A DNA stretch of 64,000 nucleotides from Longimicrobiales bacterium (GTDB lineage: Bacteria > Gemmatimonadota > Gemmatimonadetes > Longimicrobiales > Gaopeijiaceae). Shown piece after piece: positions 38,812 to 49,210 of this stretch (positions are counted from its first letter, which is position 1; every line of letters begins with the position of its first letter). Below the pieces are notes generated by a model. The model saw only the letters and a program-made list of their open reading frames with translations, ran no database searches and was not told the origin of the DNA. A program made the translations under genes and the position numbers. The stretch lies in assembly GCA_963664435.2 (NCBI GenBank), contig CAXXKM010000003.1, positions 1,088,001-1,152,000 on the forward strand, in the 5' to 3' direction.

Positions 38812-41742
38812 CTAGCCTCCCGCAGAATCGTCCGCGGGCAGCTGGTACGCTTCGCGCGAGGGGCGCACCGGCCTGAGCAGCCAGTAGGGGCGCCGGGTAC
38901 CATCGGGGGAGACGCGCCCCGCCGGGCGCGTGTAGCCGAGCCAGGTGCGGAAGACCCGGCCGGAGCGATCGGCGTTGACGACGATGTCGCCGTAGACATC
39001 CCCCGGGCCGGCCGCGCTCACGCGCACCGCCTGGTGCCAGCAGTGCGATCCGGAAATCGGGTCTGGATGGACCGGGAAAGTCAGGTTCTGGTGCACGCCC
39101 ACGTCGGTCCACCAGATGCGGCTCGTGTCGGCATCCGCGGACTTGTACGGCCCTCCTCCCTTGCGGCGCCTGAGCGACCAGTCTTCCTCGCCGCGCTCCA
39201 GGTCCACCGTCGCCATCGCCTGGTTCTGGCCGTGGTCGGTCACCTTCCAGCGGCCCATGTGGTGGCTGCACGCGACCACCCCGGGGCGAATCCCCTCGGT
39301 TACCCAGGCGCGCACCACGAAATGACCGATCTCGGTCTCCACGCGCACCAGGTCGCCGGTGCCGACGCCGATCCCCCGCGCGTCGCCCGGGTGGATCCAG
39401 AGCGGGTTGGTGTGGGCGATCTCGTCGAGCCACTTGGCGTTGGCGCTTCGGGTGTGGATCTGTATCGGAACCCGGAAGGTCGAGATCAGCACCATCTGGT
39501 CGTCTTCCAGGCTCTCGCGGTGGATGTGGCTGCGGGTGTACCCGGGGGTGGCCAGTTCGGGCCAGCCCCACTCCGCGAGGGTGCGCGACCAGAACTCCAG
39601 CCGTCCCGAGGGCGTGGGGAAGCCTCTCAGGATGCGACCGTCCACCTCCACCCCGAGCCGCCGGCGTCCGTCCGCGTCGCCGTCGACCACGGGGAGGGGG
39701 ACCACGTTGGGGGAGTCGGGCTTCGGAGCGCGGGTGAAGGCGCGCCCGTCCGCATCGACACGGACATCCTCGTGCTCGGCGTCGGGAACCGGGTCCTCGT
39801 GCAGCGCGCCCGTCCTGGAAGCCACCTCGAACGCCCCGTAACGGCGCATGTACTCAAGGGGCGTGATGCCCTCCCGGGCGGCGGCGGCGGGCAGTCCCGG
39901 GACGGAGTTCTCGAACATCCATCCGTAGTACTCGTCGATGCCGAGCTTCGTCCCCGGGCGCGCGCGCGACTCGAAGAACGAGCGGATACCGAGGTCGCCG
40001 TCGGGATCGATGCGCCAGGTGAGGTCGATCCAGAACTCGTTCTCCTCCCACACCTCGCCCGGATTGGCCTCGCGGGTATCGGAGACGCTCTCGCCCAGGC
40101 GCTCGCGCGCGGCGCGCAGCACGGGCTGCCGGAAACCCACCCACTGGCCCGCGTACTGCTCGTAGGAGTGCACGTCGTGGCGCTCGGAGCCGAGCCCCAT
40201 CGGGAGCACGTAGTCGGCGAAGTGGGCGGTCTCGTTCCAGGTGGGCGTCAGGGCAACGTGCAGGCCGATCCGCTCCGGATCCGTCAGCATTTCGATCCAG
40301 GAGAATCCGTCCGGGTTGGTCCACACCGGGTTGTACACGCGGGTGAAGTAGACATCGAGGAAGTCGCCGCTCCTCTTCTGGAGATGCGGCAGGAGGAAGG
40401 ACATCTCCATCACCGCGAGCGGATACTCGGCGGGCCAGGTGAGCTCGTTCCAGTGATCGGGATGGCGCGGAAGATGGATGGGGCGCGGCACAAACTTGTT
40501 CCACGAGTTGGGATGGGTGCCCCCCTCGGTCGCGACCGCTCCCGTGAGCGCGTTCAGGAGGAAGAGCGTGCGGGCCACCTGCCAGCCGCCGAGGTTGCCC
40601 GCCGCCGCGCTGCGCCAGTTGTGGGTCGAGAGGCGGGTTCCGGCCCCGGCCACGAGGCGGGCCACCGCTTCGATCGCTCCCGCCTCCACGCCGGATTCGC
40701 GCGCCGCGTAGTCGAAGGTGTACTCGGAGTACATCTCCTCGAGTTTCTCCTCGAACCGCTCGAAGTCTGGCGGAAGATCGGGATGCGCCTCGGCCATGAA
40801 CTCCCGCCAGTTCCACCAGCGGCGCACGAAGTCGCGATTGTGGAGCCGGTTCGCGACCAGCCAGCGCGCAATGGACAGGAAGATGGCGGCCTCCGAGCCC
40901 GGATAGGGAGACAGCCAGTGGTCGGCGTGGGTGGCGGTGTTGGAGAGGCGGGTGTCGAGGACGACGAGCTTCGCTCCGCCGGCCTTGGCGTCGATGATGC
41001 GCTGGGCGTGCGGGTTGAAGTAGTGCCCGGTCTCCAGGTGGCTCGACACCAGGAGGATGACGCGCGCGTGGGCGTGGTCGGGGCTCGGGCGGTCCATCCC
41101 CATCCAGAGGTGGTAGCCGGCCCTCGCGCCGGACGAGCAGATGTTGGTGTGCGAGTTGTGGCCGTCCACGCCCCACGCCGCCAGCATGCGCTCGGTGAAA
41201 CCGTCCTCTCCCGGGCGGCCCACATGGTACATGATCTCCTTCTGGCGGTCCTCCTCGAGCGCCCGGCGAATGCGTCCGGCGATGTCGTCCAGGGCCTCGT
41301 CCCAGCCGACCCGGGTCCACTGCCCGGCACCGCGCTCGCCGGCGCGCTTCAGCGGATACAGGATCCGGTCCGGGTCGGTGATCTGGTTGGCGGTCGCCGG
41401 CCCCTTGGCGCAGTTGCGGCCCCGCGATCCCGGGTGCTCGGGATTGCCCTCGAACTTGCGTACCTCGAGCGTGTCGCGGTCCACGTAGGCCAGCAGCCCG
41501 CAGGCGGATTCGCAGTTGAAGCAGGTCGTCGGCACCAGCATGAAGCGCTTCTCGACCCGCCGGGGCCACGCGCGCGAGTCCAGCTCCACCCAGTCGTCCC
41601 AGCGCTCCTTCGGCGGAAACGAGGCCAGGTGCACCCGGCTGGGCCCTGGGTAGAAGCTCTCGCCCCGGCCCTCCGCTTCCCGGCGGGCGGCGGACACCCG
41701 CTCGTTCAGGCGCTTCAGCTCCTCGCGGCCGCCGTTCTTCAC
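38812..41742 (-). CDS. Mo-bisPGD (DMSO reductase family) oxidoreductase catalytic subunit
   Basis: CFNCESAC...CAKG FS0 motif, DPDRILYPLKR, HTNICS, C-terminal molydop-binding domain; no twin-arginine signal seen. Confidence 0.92.
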   Translation of the reverse strand: MKNGGREELKRLNERVSAARREAEGRGESFYPGPSRVHLASFPPKERWDDWVELDSRAWPRRVEKRFMLVPTTCFNCESACGLLAYVDRDTLEVRKFEGNPEHPGSRGRNCAKGPATANQITDPDRILYPLKRAGERGAGQWTRVGWDEALDDIAGRIRRALEEDRQKEIMYHVGRPGEDGFTERMLAAWGVDGHNSHTNICSSGARAGYHLWMGMDRPSPDHAHARVILLVSSHLETGHYFNPHAQRIIDAKAGGAKLVVLDTRLSNTATHADHWLSPYPGSEAAIFLSIARWLVANRLHNRDFVRRWWNWREFMAEAHPDLPPDFERFEEKLEEMYSEYTFDYAARESGVEAGAIEAVARLVAGAGTRLSTHNWRSAAAGNLGGWQVARTLFLLNALTGAVATEGGTHPNSWNKFVPRPIHLPRHPDHWNELTWPAEYPLAVMEMSFLLPHLQKRSGDFLDVYFTRVYNPVWTNPDGFSWIEMLTDPERIGLHVALTPTWNETAHFADYVLPMGLGSERHDVHSYEQYAGQWVGFRQPVLRAARERLGESVSDTREANPGEVWEENEFWIDLTWRIDPDGDLGIRSFFESRARPGTKLGIDEYYGWMFENSVPGLPAAAAREGITPLEYMRRYGAFEVASRTGALHEDPVPDAEHEDVRVDADGRAFTRAPKPDSPNVVPLPVVDGDADGRRRLGVEVDGRILRGFPTPSGRLEFWSRTLAEWGWPELATPGYTRSHIHRESLEDDQMVLISTFRVPIQIHTRSANAKWLDEIAHTNPLWIHPGDARGIGVGTGDLVRVETEIGHFVVRAWVTEGIRPGVVACSHHMGRWKVTDHGQNQAMATVDLERGEEDWSLRRRKGGGPYKSADADTSRIWWTDVGVHQNLTFPVHPDPISGSHCWHQAVRVSAAGPGDVYGDIVVNADRSGRVFRTWLGYTRPAGRVSPDGTRRPYWLLRPVRPSREAYQLPADDSAGG

Positions 41743-41781
41743 GATGCGATCCTGTGGCCGACGTTGTTCATGACCCGATCC

Positions 41782-43347
41782 TCATGACAGGGGGACGGCC
41801 TGTCCCGCCTGCACGTAGGCGTGCTCGTAGGCGAGCAGTCCAAGGAGCCCGGCCACCAGCGCCGGCAGCCCGATCCAGGGTGCGGCGAGCCCGACCGCGC
41901 TCAGGAGGATGCCGACCCGGAACCACGCGGCGAAGCGTCCCCGGGTCAGCTCACGGACGGCCAGGTGCGCGTGCGCGGTGCCGTGCGTGATGGTGATCTC
42001 GCCCAGGACCAGCAGGAGGTGGGCGGCGGTGAGGGCCGCGAAGGCTCCCGCCAGCAACGGACGCTGCCCCGGCGCCGCCAGAGGATGGACGGCGGCCGCT
42101 CCCGCGAGCAGCGCCTGGACCAGGAAGTGGGGCGGAAGCAGGGGATTCTGCCACAGGTCGCGGGCTTTCGCCTGGGCGAACAGGTAGGCCGTATACACCG
42201 CCGTCATCGCGGCCAGCGGTCCTCCGGCCAGGGCCAGCACGCGGGCGATCCCGGGGGCTCCCGCCCAGGCCGCCCCCAGATGGGCCGCCAGCACGGCCCC
42301 GAAGCCCGTCAGCACCACGCCCCCGCGCACCAGCCAACTTCGCCACTGCGGCCGCAGGAGGATGTAGTGAAAGCGGCCGGGATGCTCCAGGTCCCAGATC
42401 AGAAGGCCCGTGGTCAGCACCAGGAACACCATCGCCAGCAGCGGGGCGCCGAAGAGCCAGAGCGGGTCCGTCCACGAGAGCGCCCCGAAGAGGATCAGCA
42501 GCAGGGGCGCCAGATAGGCTCCGGCGGCGATCGACTTCGTCCAGGTGTAGAGGCTGACGCGCGCGTCCCAGGGAGCGCTGTGGGGCACGTCGTAGCTCAG
42601 GATCGCGCCCGCGGAGGAGTTGCTCCGGCCCGGGTGGCCCGATGTCACCTGGTCGGCCCCGCTTCCCTGCTCGCTCCACATGAAGAGCCCCCCCTCGGGC
42701 CGTGCCGCCGCCAGCGGGTCCAGAGTCACCTGGCGCGCGTCCTTGTAGAAGAGCTTCGGGCGGGTCTCCTTCTCGGGGCGCCGGACCGTGAGCGCGTCCT
42801 CGTGCACCATCCGGGTCACCTTGGCAAGCGGATCGCCCAGGTCCCCGACCAGAATCGCTTCCGTGGGACACACCACGACGCAAGCCGGCTCGAGCCCCAT
42901 GTCCAGCCGGTGCGCGCAGAAGTTGCACTTCTCCGCGGAATGGTCTTCGGGGTTGATGAAGATGGCGTCGTAGGGGCAGGCGGCGATGCAGGCCTTGCAG
43001 CCGATGCACGCCTCCTTGTCGAAGTCCACGATCCCGTCGGACCGGCGGTACATGGCCGAGGTGGGACAGGCCGTCACGCACGGCGCGTCCTCGCACTGGT
43101 TGCACCGGGTTACCTGGAAGGCCCGGCGGGTCCGCGGGAACTCGCCGGCATCGACGTACTTGACGTAGGTGCGGGTAACGCCCAGCGGGACTTCGTTTTC
43201 GGACTTGCAGGCGGTGGTGCAGGCATGACAGCCGATGCACCGGGAATGGTCGATGACCTTGGCCCAGCGGGTGACCCCGCTCGCCGGCGGCTCGTTGGCG
43301 CGCGAATCGCCCGCGGACTCGACCGGCGAGGGGGCGGAGGGATTCAC
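41782..43347 (-). CDS. Fused 4Fe-4S (NrfC/PsrB-like) and NrfD/PsrC-like membrane anchor
   Basis: CIGCHACTTAC, CNQCEDAPCVTACP, CIGCKACIAACP, KCNFC; then DLEHPGRF and multiple TM helices. Confidence 0.9.
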   Translation of the reverse strand: MNPSAPSPVESAGDSRANEPPASGVTRWAKVIDHSRCIGCHACTTACKSENEVPLGVTRTYVKYVDAGEFPRTRRAFQVTRCNQCEDAPCVTACPTSAMYRRSDGIVDFDKEACIGCKACIAACPYDAIFINPEDHSAEKCNFCAHRLDMGLEPACVVVCPTEAILVGDLGDPLAKVTRMVHEDALTVRRPEKETRPKLFYKDARQVTLDPLAAARPEGGLFMWSEQGSGADQVTSGHPGRSNSSAGAILSYDVPHSAPWDARVSLYTWTKSIAAGAYLAPLLLILFGALSWTDPLWLFGAPLLAMVFLVLTTGLLIWDLEHPGRFHYILLRPQWRSWLVRGGVVLTGFGAVLAAHLGAAWAGAPGIARVLALAGGPLAAMTAVYTAYLFAQAKARDLWQNPLLPPHFLVQALLAGAAAVHPLAAPGQRPLLAGAFAALTAAHLLLVLGEITITHGTAHAHLAVRELTRGRFAAWFRVGILLSAVGLAAPWIGLPALVAGLLGLLAYEHAYVQAGQAVPLS

Positions 43348-43523
43348 GTTTCGGTCGACCAGGGTCCTGAGCGTTGAGGAGTGGGAGTGAGCATCCGGCG
43401 CGCCGGCGGGTTATGGATCAGGCCACCTGGGCACGGGTCGGCCGGAATCGCGGGCCCCGCGGCCCGGCCACGCCCGGGCGCGCCGGAATGCTCTCCGTAC
43501 TGCGTACAGCTGCGTTCGAGGAT

Positions 43524-43820
43524 CTATCCCCCTGCGATGCGGTCCCGCAACGGCTTTCCGGGCTTGAAGTACGCGTACTTCTTCGCCGCGATGGTGATCT
43601 TTTCGCCGGTCGCCGGGTTGGTCCCGATACGCGCCGCACGCGACTTGACGCCGAAGCTGCCGAAGCCGGGGACCGTCACCTTGCCCCCCGCGTCGAGTTC
43701 GCCGGCGATAATGCCCGATCCGGCACTTGTGTCGAAGATGCAGTTGAGGACATCGGCTGCCTTCGCCTGGGAGAGGTTGGCCTGCTGCGCGAGAGCGGCC
43801 GCCATTTCCTTCTTGTTCAT
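43524..43820 (-). CDS. hup: HU-family DNA-binding protein
   Basis: MNKKE, GFGSF, RIGTNPATGE, FKPGK. Confidence 0.93.
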   Translation of the reverse strand: MNKKEMAAALAQQANLSQAKAADVLNCIFDTSAGSGIIAGELDAGGKVTVPGFGSFGVKSRAARIGTNPATGEKITIAAKKYAYFKPGKPLRDRIAGG

Positions 43821-43934
43821 TACATCTCCTGCGTTGTGGGTGCACGAGACTCCACCGGACTGCCCCATCCGACGGAACGACAAGACAGGATACACGGAAT
43901 GGAGCGATTGCGGAACCTCGTGCCCCCCCGGCCA

Positions 43935-43976
43935 TGGGCGCTGACGGATTCGAACCGCCGACCTCCTGCTTGTAAG
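43935..43976 (-). tRNA. 3' half of tRNA-Val(TAC): att-site remnant, not a full tRNA
   Basis: Minus strand CTTACAAGCAGGAGGTCGGCGGTTCGAATCCGTCAGCGCCCA = anticodon loop, T-arm and 3' acceptor strand; no D-arm or 5' acceptor strand upstream. Confidence 0.85.
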
Positions 43977-44552
43977 AGGAACTCTGGGGCCGGGTGATTC
44001 GCGGCAATAAATCGTCTAAGTTCAATCAGGACTGCACGATCTGCGCTTCTTGCCGAGACACCACATCTGCTTCCAGCGTACCGAAAAAGCCGGAAAATGG
44101 CAAACAAATGGCGAGCATCCGAACGGCGGCTACTTCGATTCTTGACCACCGGGTGTCGCGTCCCGGAACGCCGGTGCCGAAACGCGCATACGCTGTCGAC
44201 CTTTCTGGGCCGCAGGCGGAGGTCCGACGGGCCTAGGGTTAACGCAGGGATGAGGCGACGCGCTCGCCCGGCGTTCGCCACAAGAGAGCGGTCAAGGGTC
44301 CCGAATTCAGACCCCTGGCGTACAGCGCGGTCACCAGGCCGGAGTGGAAGGCCCTCGCCCGGCTCATCCTCGAGCCCGCGGATGAGAGCACCCCACTCGC
44401 CGGGGTGGCGTGATCCTTGCGCGCAGCATCCGTCCCAGTCGCGTTTGACGCTGGTGCGGTTCTTGCTCTTGGTGGCGGTAGCACCAGAAGGACTCTCTGA
44501 GGCCCTCCACTTTGGAGGCGAAGAGATCTCGGCAGACCGACGGGGAGGAAGC

Positions 44553-44765
44553 GTGAACACAAAGACCAGGGGAGCGCGCTACATGTTCATTGCGAAGGTG
44601 CTGGACCGAACCGGCTACCACGGTCTCCGCAAGAAAGAGAAGTCGAAGATCAAGGCACTGCTCCAACGGGGCACCGGGTTCTCCCGCGCCCAACTTACGC
44701 GGTTGATCGCACAGCATCGCACGACCGGGAGGATCGTAGACCGGCGACGGTGGTGGGAGGTCTAG
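44553..44765 (+). pseudogene. N-terminal fragment of an rve-type IS transposase
   Basis: RYMFIAKVL...GY..LRKKEK...TGFSRAQLTRLIAQHRTTGRI resembles an IS transposase HTH region; truncated. Confidence 0.55.
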
Positions 44766-44987
44766 GATGCGGCGCGCCCATGGCGTCCCCGACCGATTCC
44801 CAGGGACGGTGATCACACATGGAAGGCAATCAGCGCCATGGCGGCGGAACGGATCATCCGGGTGAGCATCGAATCGAGGCGCGAGCGCCTTGGGTTGACC
44901 CGCCTGGATGCCATGGTTTCCCTTGACGGACGGGGACCGTGTAGGGGCGGTCAATGCGCATGCGGGACGAAAGGAGCGAGATAAACA

Positions 44988-45335
44988 ATGAAGGACAGTT
45001 TCGCGATTCAGGAGCTGGGTGTCGCGCTGGTCAAGCTTGAGCGTCGCGTCGTCACCGGGTTCGATCAACTGAACGGACGGATCTCCGCATTGGAATCGAA
45101 GCTCGGCTCGCGGATCGACGACGTGGAGGCGCACGCGCACAAAGGGAACGTCGAGCTCGGGAGCAGGATTGAAATGGTGTCAGCCAAGTTCAAGCAGATT
45201 CGATACTCGCTCGACGGGCTGGAGGACCGCCTCGGCAAGAGGGTCGACGGATTGGACACCGAGGTCCACAAACAGCTCGGCGCTCTACAAGCCGCGGTCG
45301 ACGCGATCGGCGCGCACTTCGTCAGTTCGCAGTAG
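44988..45335 (+). CDS. Small coiled-coil hypothetical protein
   Basis: ATG preceded by an AAGGAG-containing purine-rich stretch; heptad-like repeats (LGSRID/LGSRIE/LGKRVD). Confidence 0.65.
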   Translation: MKDSFAIQELGVALVKLERRVVTGFDQLNGRISALESKLGSRIDDVEAHAHKGNVELGSRIEMVSAKFKQIRYSLDGLEDRLGKRVDGLDTEVHKQLGALQAAVDAIGAHFVSSQ

Positions 45336-46669
45336 TCGAGGTTCTCCTATCCTGATGATCGACCATTTGGCCAGGATGCGCGATCGGGACGAATGACGAG
45401 TTCCGCGACGTGAGCTATTGCCAGGTCCAGGCCGAGGCCGTGCAGTGCGCCGACTGCGGAGGTCCAACCACGGAGGTCTTCGGCAATTCCGGACGCCGGC
45501 GGCGCTGAGCGCGCTGTGTGCCCGCGTTGCCGCGAGGATGTGCCGCGCAAGAGATGGCAGCGGGACGCGCTTCTGCCGGAATGACGCGACGGGCCGCTGC
45601 CGCGAGTGCGGGGCGATCACTTGCACCCTTCATCGGCGCGGATGCGAGTTCGAGCACCATCGAGCGCGGGCGCGCGCCGAGCCCTCGAGTTGACAGGGGA
45701 AGAGGGGAGACTCGGCGTAGCTCTGGAAGGCGGCTCGATTGACCGCGTCGACACAATCGCATCCCTACTTCGTCCGTTCCGAATTGCGCACCATGTCTTT
45801 GGCAGCCCTCACGCGGGGTTCATATTGCGGCGCGATGCTGCGGGTCCACCGAAGAAGAAGTCGCAGCCGCGCGTGAGCGAACCCGCCAACGAGCGGTCGT
45901 CACCGCTCACGGTCGCGATGCCCGACGCGCACTGAATGAACCGCACGCGGATTCGAGTGACCCGCGAGCCCCGGAACGTCCTTGAAGGCATCCCGCACGG
46001 CACTACAGTAGTCCTCCAGAGCGTCGGGGACGGGGACGGGTTCCTCCCCTCCTGGAGGGGCCGGAGGCGGATCCGGCCAGCGAGGACGATGCAACCGTGC
46101 TGGCGGGATATCCGGTCTTTCGCATGGCGACTTGGAAGGTCGGCACCGATCCCCTATGGGCTTGGCGCGCCAATGTTTCCTCGGTCCTCGCCGTGCGCTG
46201 GTGACGTCACGAGCGGGATCTCCGCCTGACCTCCGCGAGGCGAACGACGAATCACGGATCGTTTTTCAACAACGCAGCGGAGGTTTCCCACGCCGTTGAC
46301 CCCATTTTTCCACGAATCGCCTTCGTGCCGGTCGCTTGACTCCCGCACTGTCGGCCATCAGGCGGGAACGCTTCGTGACTTGTCTCGCGGAGCAAACGTC
46401 TGGCGCTGGGAGAGACCAGGAAGTGGGCAGCCTTCGCGTGGGCACATACTTGAGCGGCACCCTCTCATCTGCCCCATCCCGTTCACATACTTGCTGAGCC
46501 GCTGCCCCCGCCGAGCACTGCTCGCGCATCGTCCACCCCCCGGGCCGTGCCTCCTCCCCGCCCTCTCCGCAGCCCGCCGGTCGGCCCCCGCGCCGCTTGC
46601 GCGACGGCATCGCGTCCCGGAGGTTGGACGGACGTGGCGCCTCCTCGGCCACGATAAGGAGGGCCGTTC

Positions 46670-46885
46670 ATGGCGAAACAGGCGATCGAAATCGAAGGGG
46701 CGGTCATCGAAGTCCTGCCCAACGCCACCTTTCGGGTCCGGCTGGAGAACGGCCACGAGATCCACACATATCTCTCCGGCAAGATGCGCCAGCACTACAT
46801 CCGGGTGTTGGAGGGCGACCGGGTGAGATGCGAGATGTCCCCCTACGATCTGTCGAAGGGCCGCATCACGTATCGGTACAAGTAA
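46670..46885 (+). CDS. infA: Translation initiation factor IF-1 (island-borne)
   Basis: [23 protein letters not shown]...[39 protein letters not shown]. Confidence 0.95.
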   Translation: MAKQAIEIEGAVIEVLPNATFRVRLENGHEIHTYLSGKMRQHYIRVLEGDRVRCEMSPYDLSKGRITYRYK

Positions 46886-46899
46886 TTCGCTGTACACGC

Positions 46900-47150
46900 T
46901 CGCCCTGCGGTCGATGCCGACATCACAGAACCGGGCATGCTCACCGGCCGCGTGCCGCCAGCCTCGCCGGACTCGCCCCGGTCAGCCCGGGAGTCCGGAA
47001 ACTGAAGGGGACGGAGCTTCATCCAGGGCGGCAGGCATCGGGTGCGCCGGCTGCTTTGCATTGCGCGCGATGGCCTTGGTTCGGCACAATCCCGTCCTGA
47101 AGCACGAGTACGAGGCGTTCGTGGCCCGCGGGAAGCCGCCGAAGTTGACA
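46900..47150 (+). pseudogene. Frameshifted IS110-family transposase C-terminal remnant
   Basis: Across frames: ASLAGLAPV, FIQGGRHRVRRLL, VRHNPVLKHEYEAFVARGKPPK. Confidence 0.7.
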
Positions 47151-47214
47151 ACCCCAACGGCCCCGGTGCATTGTGGCCGCGCTGCACGACCCAGGGGACG
47201 GGGAGACGGCAATC

Positions 47215-47570
47215 ATGAGCAGATCGAATTCGTGGATGGCCGGGACGGCGTTGGGTCTTGCCATTGTAGCGGGACCAACGGTGGCGGCAGGCGAGGAACT
47301 CCCCCCCGACATCCGAAACGACCGCAACGTCGTGCGTGCCGATCGGCTGGTCCAAAACCAGGACCACGGTGCCGCGCTGGAATCCCTGGACGTGGTCTTG
47401 GCGCGGCAGCGCGGCAGGCCAGGAGCGGCATGAAGACCCCGGCAGAACTCTGGTTCAGGCACGCACGGACAGCTCCGGACGCCGGGTACGCCGAGACCGT
47501 GGCCACGTCGGTCGTCCGCTGCTTGGAGAAGGCGGGTCGGCGCGGAGCCTCCGCCGGGAAGACGGCGTGA
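47215..47570 (+). pseudogene. Frameshifted, truncated secreted protein (ELPP.I..DR...helical N-terminal domain)
   Basis: Signal peptide plus ELPPDIRNDR...GAALESLD, continuing in another frame as PAELWFRHA...SVVRCLEKAGR. Confidence 0.45.
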
Positions 47571-48071
47571 AGAAGTGGCGCCCACCCAAGGGACGGAAGC
47601 CGCCGAAGCGGAGGGTGGGGCAACGTCCGTCGCGCAAGCCACGGAAACAACGGCGGCGCCGCCGGGACAAGGGCCGGTGGGAGAAGGAAACAGACGACCG
47701 GATCGAGTGATCAGGTTCGGCACGTCGTCGGAACCACGCGTAGCGCGCCCAAACCTCTCTGCCGTATCGATCCGCCGGGGCCAACCGGAGCCGGTCGTAT
47801 GCTCCTGCCCGCGTCCAGCGACGTTGCCACTCCGGGGCGCGTGCGAGATGGGACCGTCGGAGGGCGGCGGGTCGATCACCCTGCGGGTCGCTGACTGCGT
47901 GGCTGACGGGCGCCGCACTTTGGTGTCCACGGTGGATCCGTGAACGTTCGGTAACCGCGCCACCCGGCCGGCGGGAAACTTCGAGAGCCGCGCCGCGCAG
48001 GTTGCGTGAGCCGGGGCTGGTGGGTGCCTCCTCGTCGTGGTGGTGGTCGCGCGGGACGGGCCGGTTGGGCC

Positions 48072-48232
48072 CGTCCGGCGGGTATTGAGTCGGTTCCGGC
48101 CTTCGGCGAACTCAAACTCTCCGGCCTTCGTTCGACGATTCGCGCTTCACGGACCGGACCGGAGTTACCGGTCTCCGCGCGCGTTCGGGGCGCTTGCGCG
48201 CCTCCGGTTCCGGCGGGCCTCGCCGTACCTGC
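48072..48232 (-). ncRNA. Putative omegaRNA/gRNA scaffold overlapping the 3' end of the tnpB-like gene
   Basis: Clear similarity to both 58.5-58.95 kb repeats; TnpB omegaRNAs are known to overlap the tnpB 3' end. Confidence 0.6.
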
Positions 48233-49194
48233 AGTTGGCGCCCGTGCCAACGGGCCTTGTACTCGAGCTGGCGCAGCATCTCGCTGCTGACGCCCTCGAC
48301 GATGATCGTGCCGGCGGCGAGGACGACGATGGTGGTGAGCTTGTGGTGGCGGTCGCGCTCGCGGTTCCTGATGTTCCTGGCGACATTGCGGAACCGTTCG
48401 AGAACGCGGGCCCGCCGCTTCGAGTCTTCGGTGCAGCGGCTCAAGCGGCGCTGGAGCCGCCTCATCCGCTGCCTGTCGGCGTCGGAGCGCTCGTCCGGTC
48501 CCGGGACTTCGATGGGCCTGCCGTCGAGTTCGACGGCGATGCCCGGGCCGTCCTGGCGCACCACGGCGACCTCCGCCGTGGGCGCGGCGGCATCGACCGG
48601 GCCGCACTCGAACACGCACGAGAACATCCAGCGCTCGCCGGCGTCGCGCCAGACCCGGCCGTACACCATGCCGAGCGTCGTGCGGCTCTTCGGGCCCTCG
48701 AGCCGGCCAGCGGGCAGGCTCCCGCCCAGCCAGCGCATCCAGCCGAACTTCGGCAAGCGGACGCGGTTGCCGTCGAAGCGGGTGCCGTGGCTGGCCACGT
48801 AGATCCCGGGGGCGCGTCCCTCGGGCTTGAACCTCGGCAGCCCCTGGCGCGCGCGTGGCTTGGTGTGCCAGTTGCGGAACGCTCCGTGCATGTCGGTCGC
48901 GATCTGGTAGATGGCGGTGGACGGGAACGGGTCGCGGTTCGGCCTGCGGCGCCACCAGTCCTGGGCGGCCGCGCGGAACTCCTTGCCGGTCATGTGCCGG
49001 CCCGTCTGGGAATACTGCAGGTTCGAGGCGCCGAGCAGGGCGTTCGACAGCTCGCGGAGCCCCTCCCGGCACAGGGCGAGCAGGCGCGCCTGCGGCCGGT
49101 TCGGGTACAGGCGGCACTGCCAGCCGACGTAGCGCGCTTCCCCGTTCGGCCGGGCCGCGCGCGCGCCGGGCGCGGTCGGCCGCTTGGTCGCCAT
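48112..49194 (-). CDS. TnpB-derived protein, truncated and apparently nuclease-dead (TldR-like)
   Basis: CRLYPNRPQ, PRFK, RVRLPKFGWMR, RRLQRRLSR, HHKLTT, IIVEG and QLEYKARWHGR match TnpB. RuvC-I G(I/V)D is absent (AVVRQ); zinc finger and RuvC-III are missing. Strong RBS, 16 bp after the upstream stop. Confidence 0.85.
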   Translation of the reverse strand: MATKRPTAPGARAARPNGEARYVGWQCRLYPNRPQARLLALCREGLRELSNALLGASNLQYSQTGRHMTGKEFRAAAQDWWRRRPNRDPFPSTAIYQIATDMHGAFRNWHTKPRARQGLPRFKPEGRAPGIYVASHGTRFDGNRVRLPKFGWMRWLGGSLPAGRLEGPKSRTTLGMVYGRVWRDAGERWMFSCVFECGPVDAAAPTAEVAVVRQDGPGIAVELDGRPIEVPGPDERSDADRQRMRRLQRRLSRCTEDSKRRARVLERFRNVARNIRNRERDRHHKLTTIVVLAAGTIIVEGVSSEMLRQLEYKARWHGRQLQVRRGPPEPEARKRPERARRPVTPVRSVKRESSNEGRRV

Positions 49195-49210
49195 GACGCT
49201 CCTCCCTCCC

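Noticed and set aside
37849..41787. Long plus-strand ORFs (1312 aa here; also 9502-12285, 12440-15163, 55439-58645)
   Set aside because: Antisense shadows of real high-GC genes with no recognizable motifs.
43935..43976. Functional tRNA-Val gene
   Set aside because: The 5' acceptor strand and D-arm are absent; it is only an att remnant.
45418..45693. Cys-rich small ORF as a zinc-finger protein
   Set aside because: Weak start, no clear RBS and no recognizable family; lies in a degraded region.
48112..49194. Active IS200/IS605 or IS607 element
   Set aside because: No adjacent tnpA, catalytic motifs are lost, and the gene sits operon-like behind a cargo gene.
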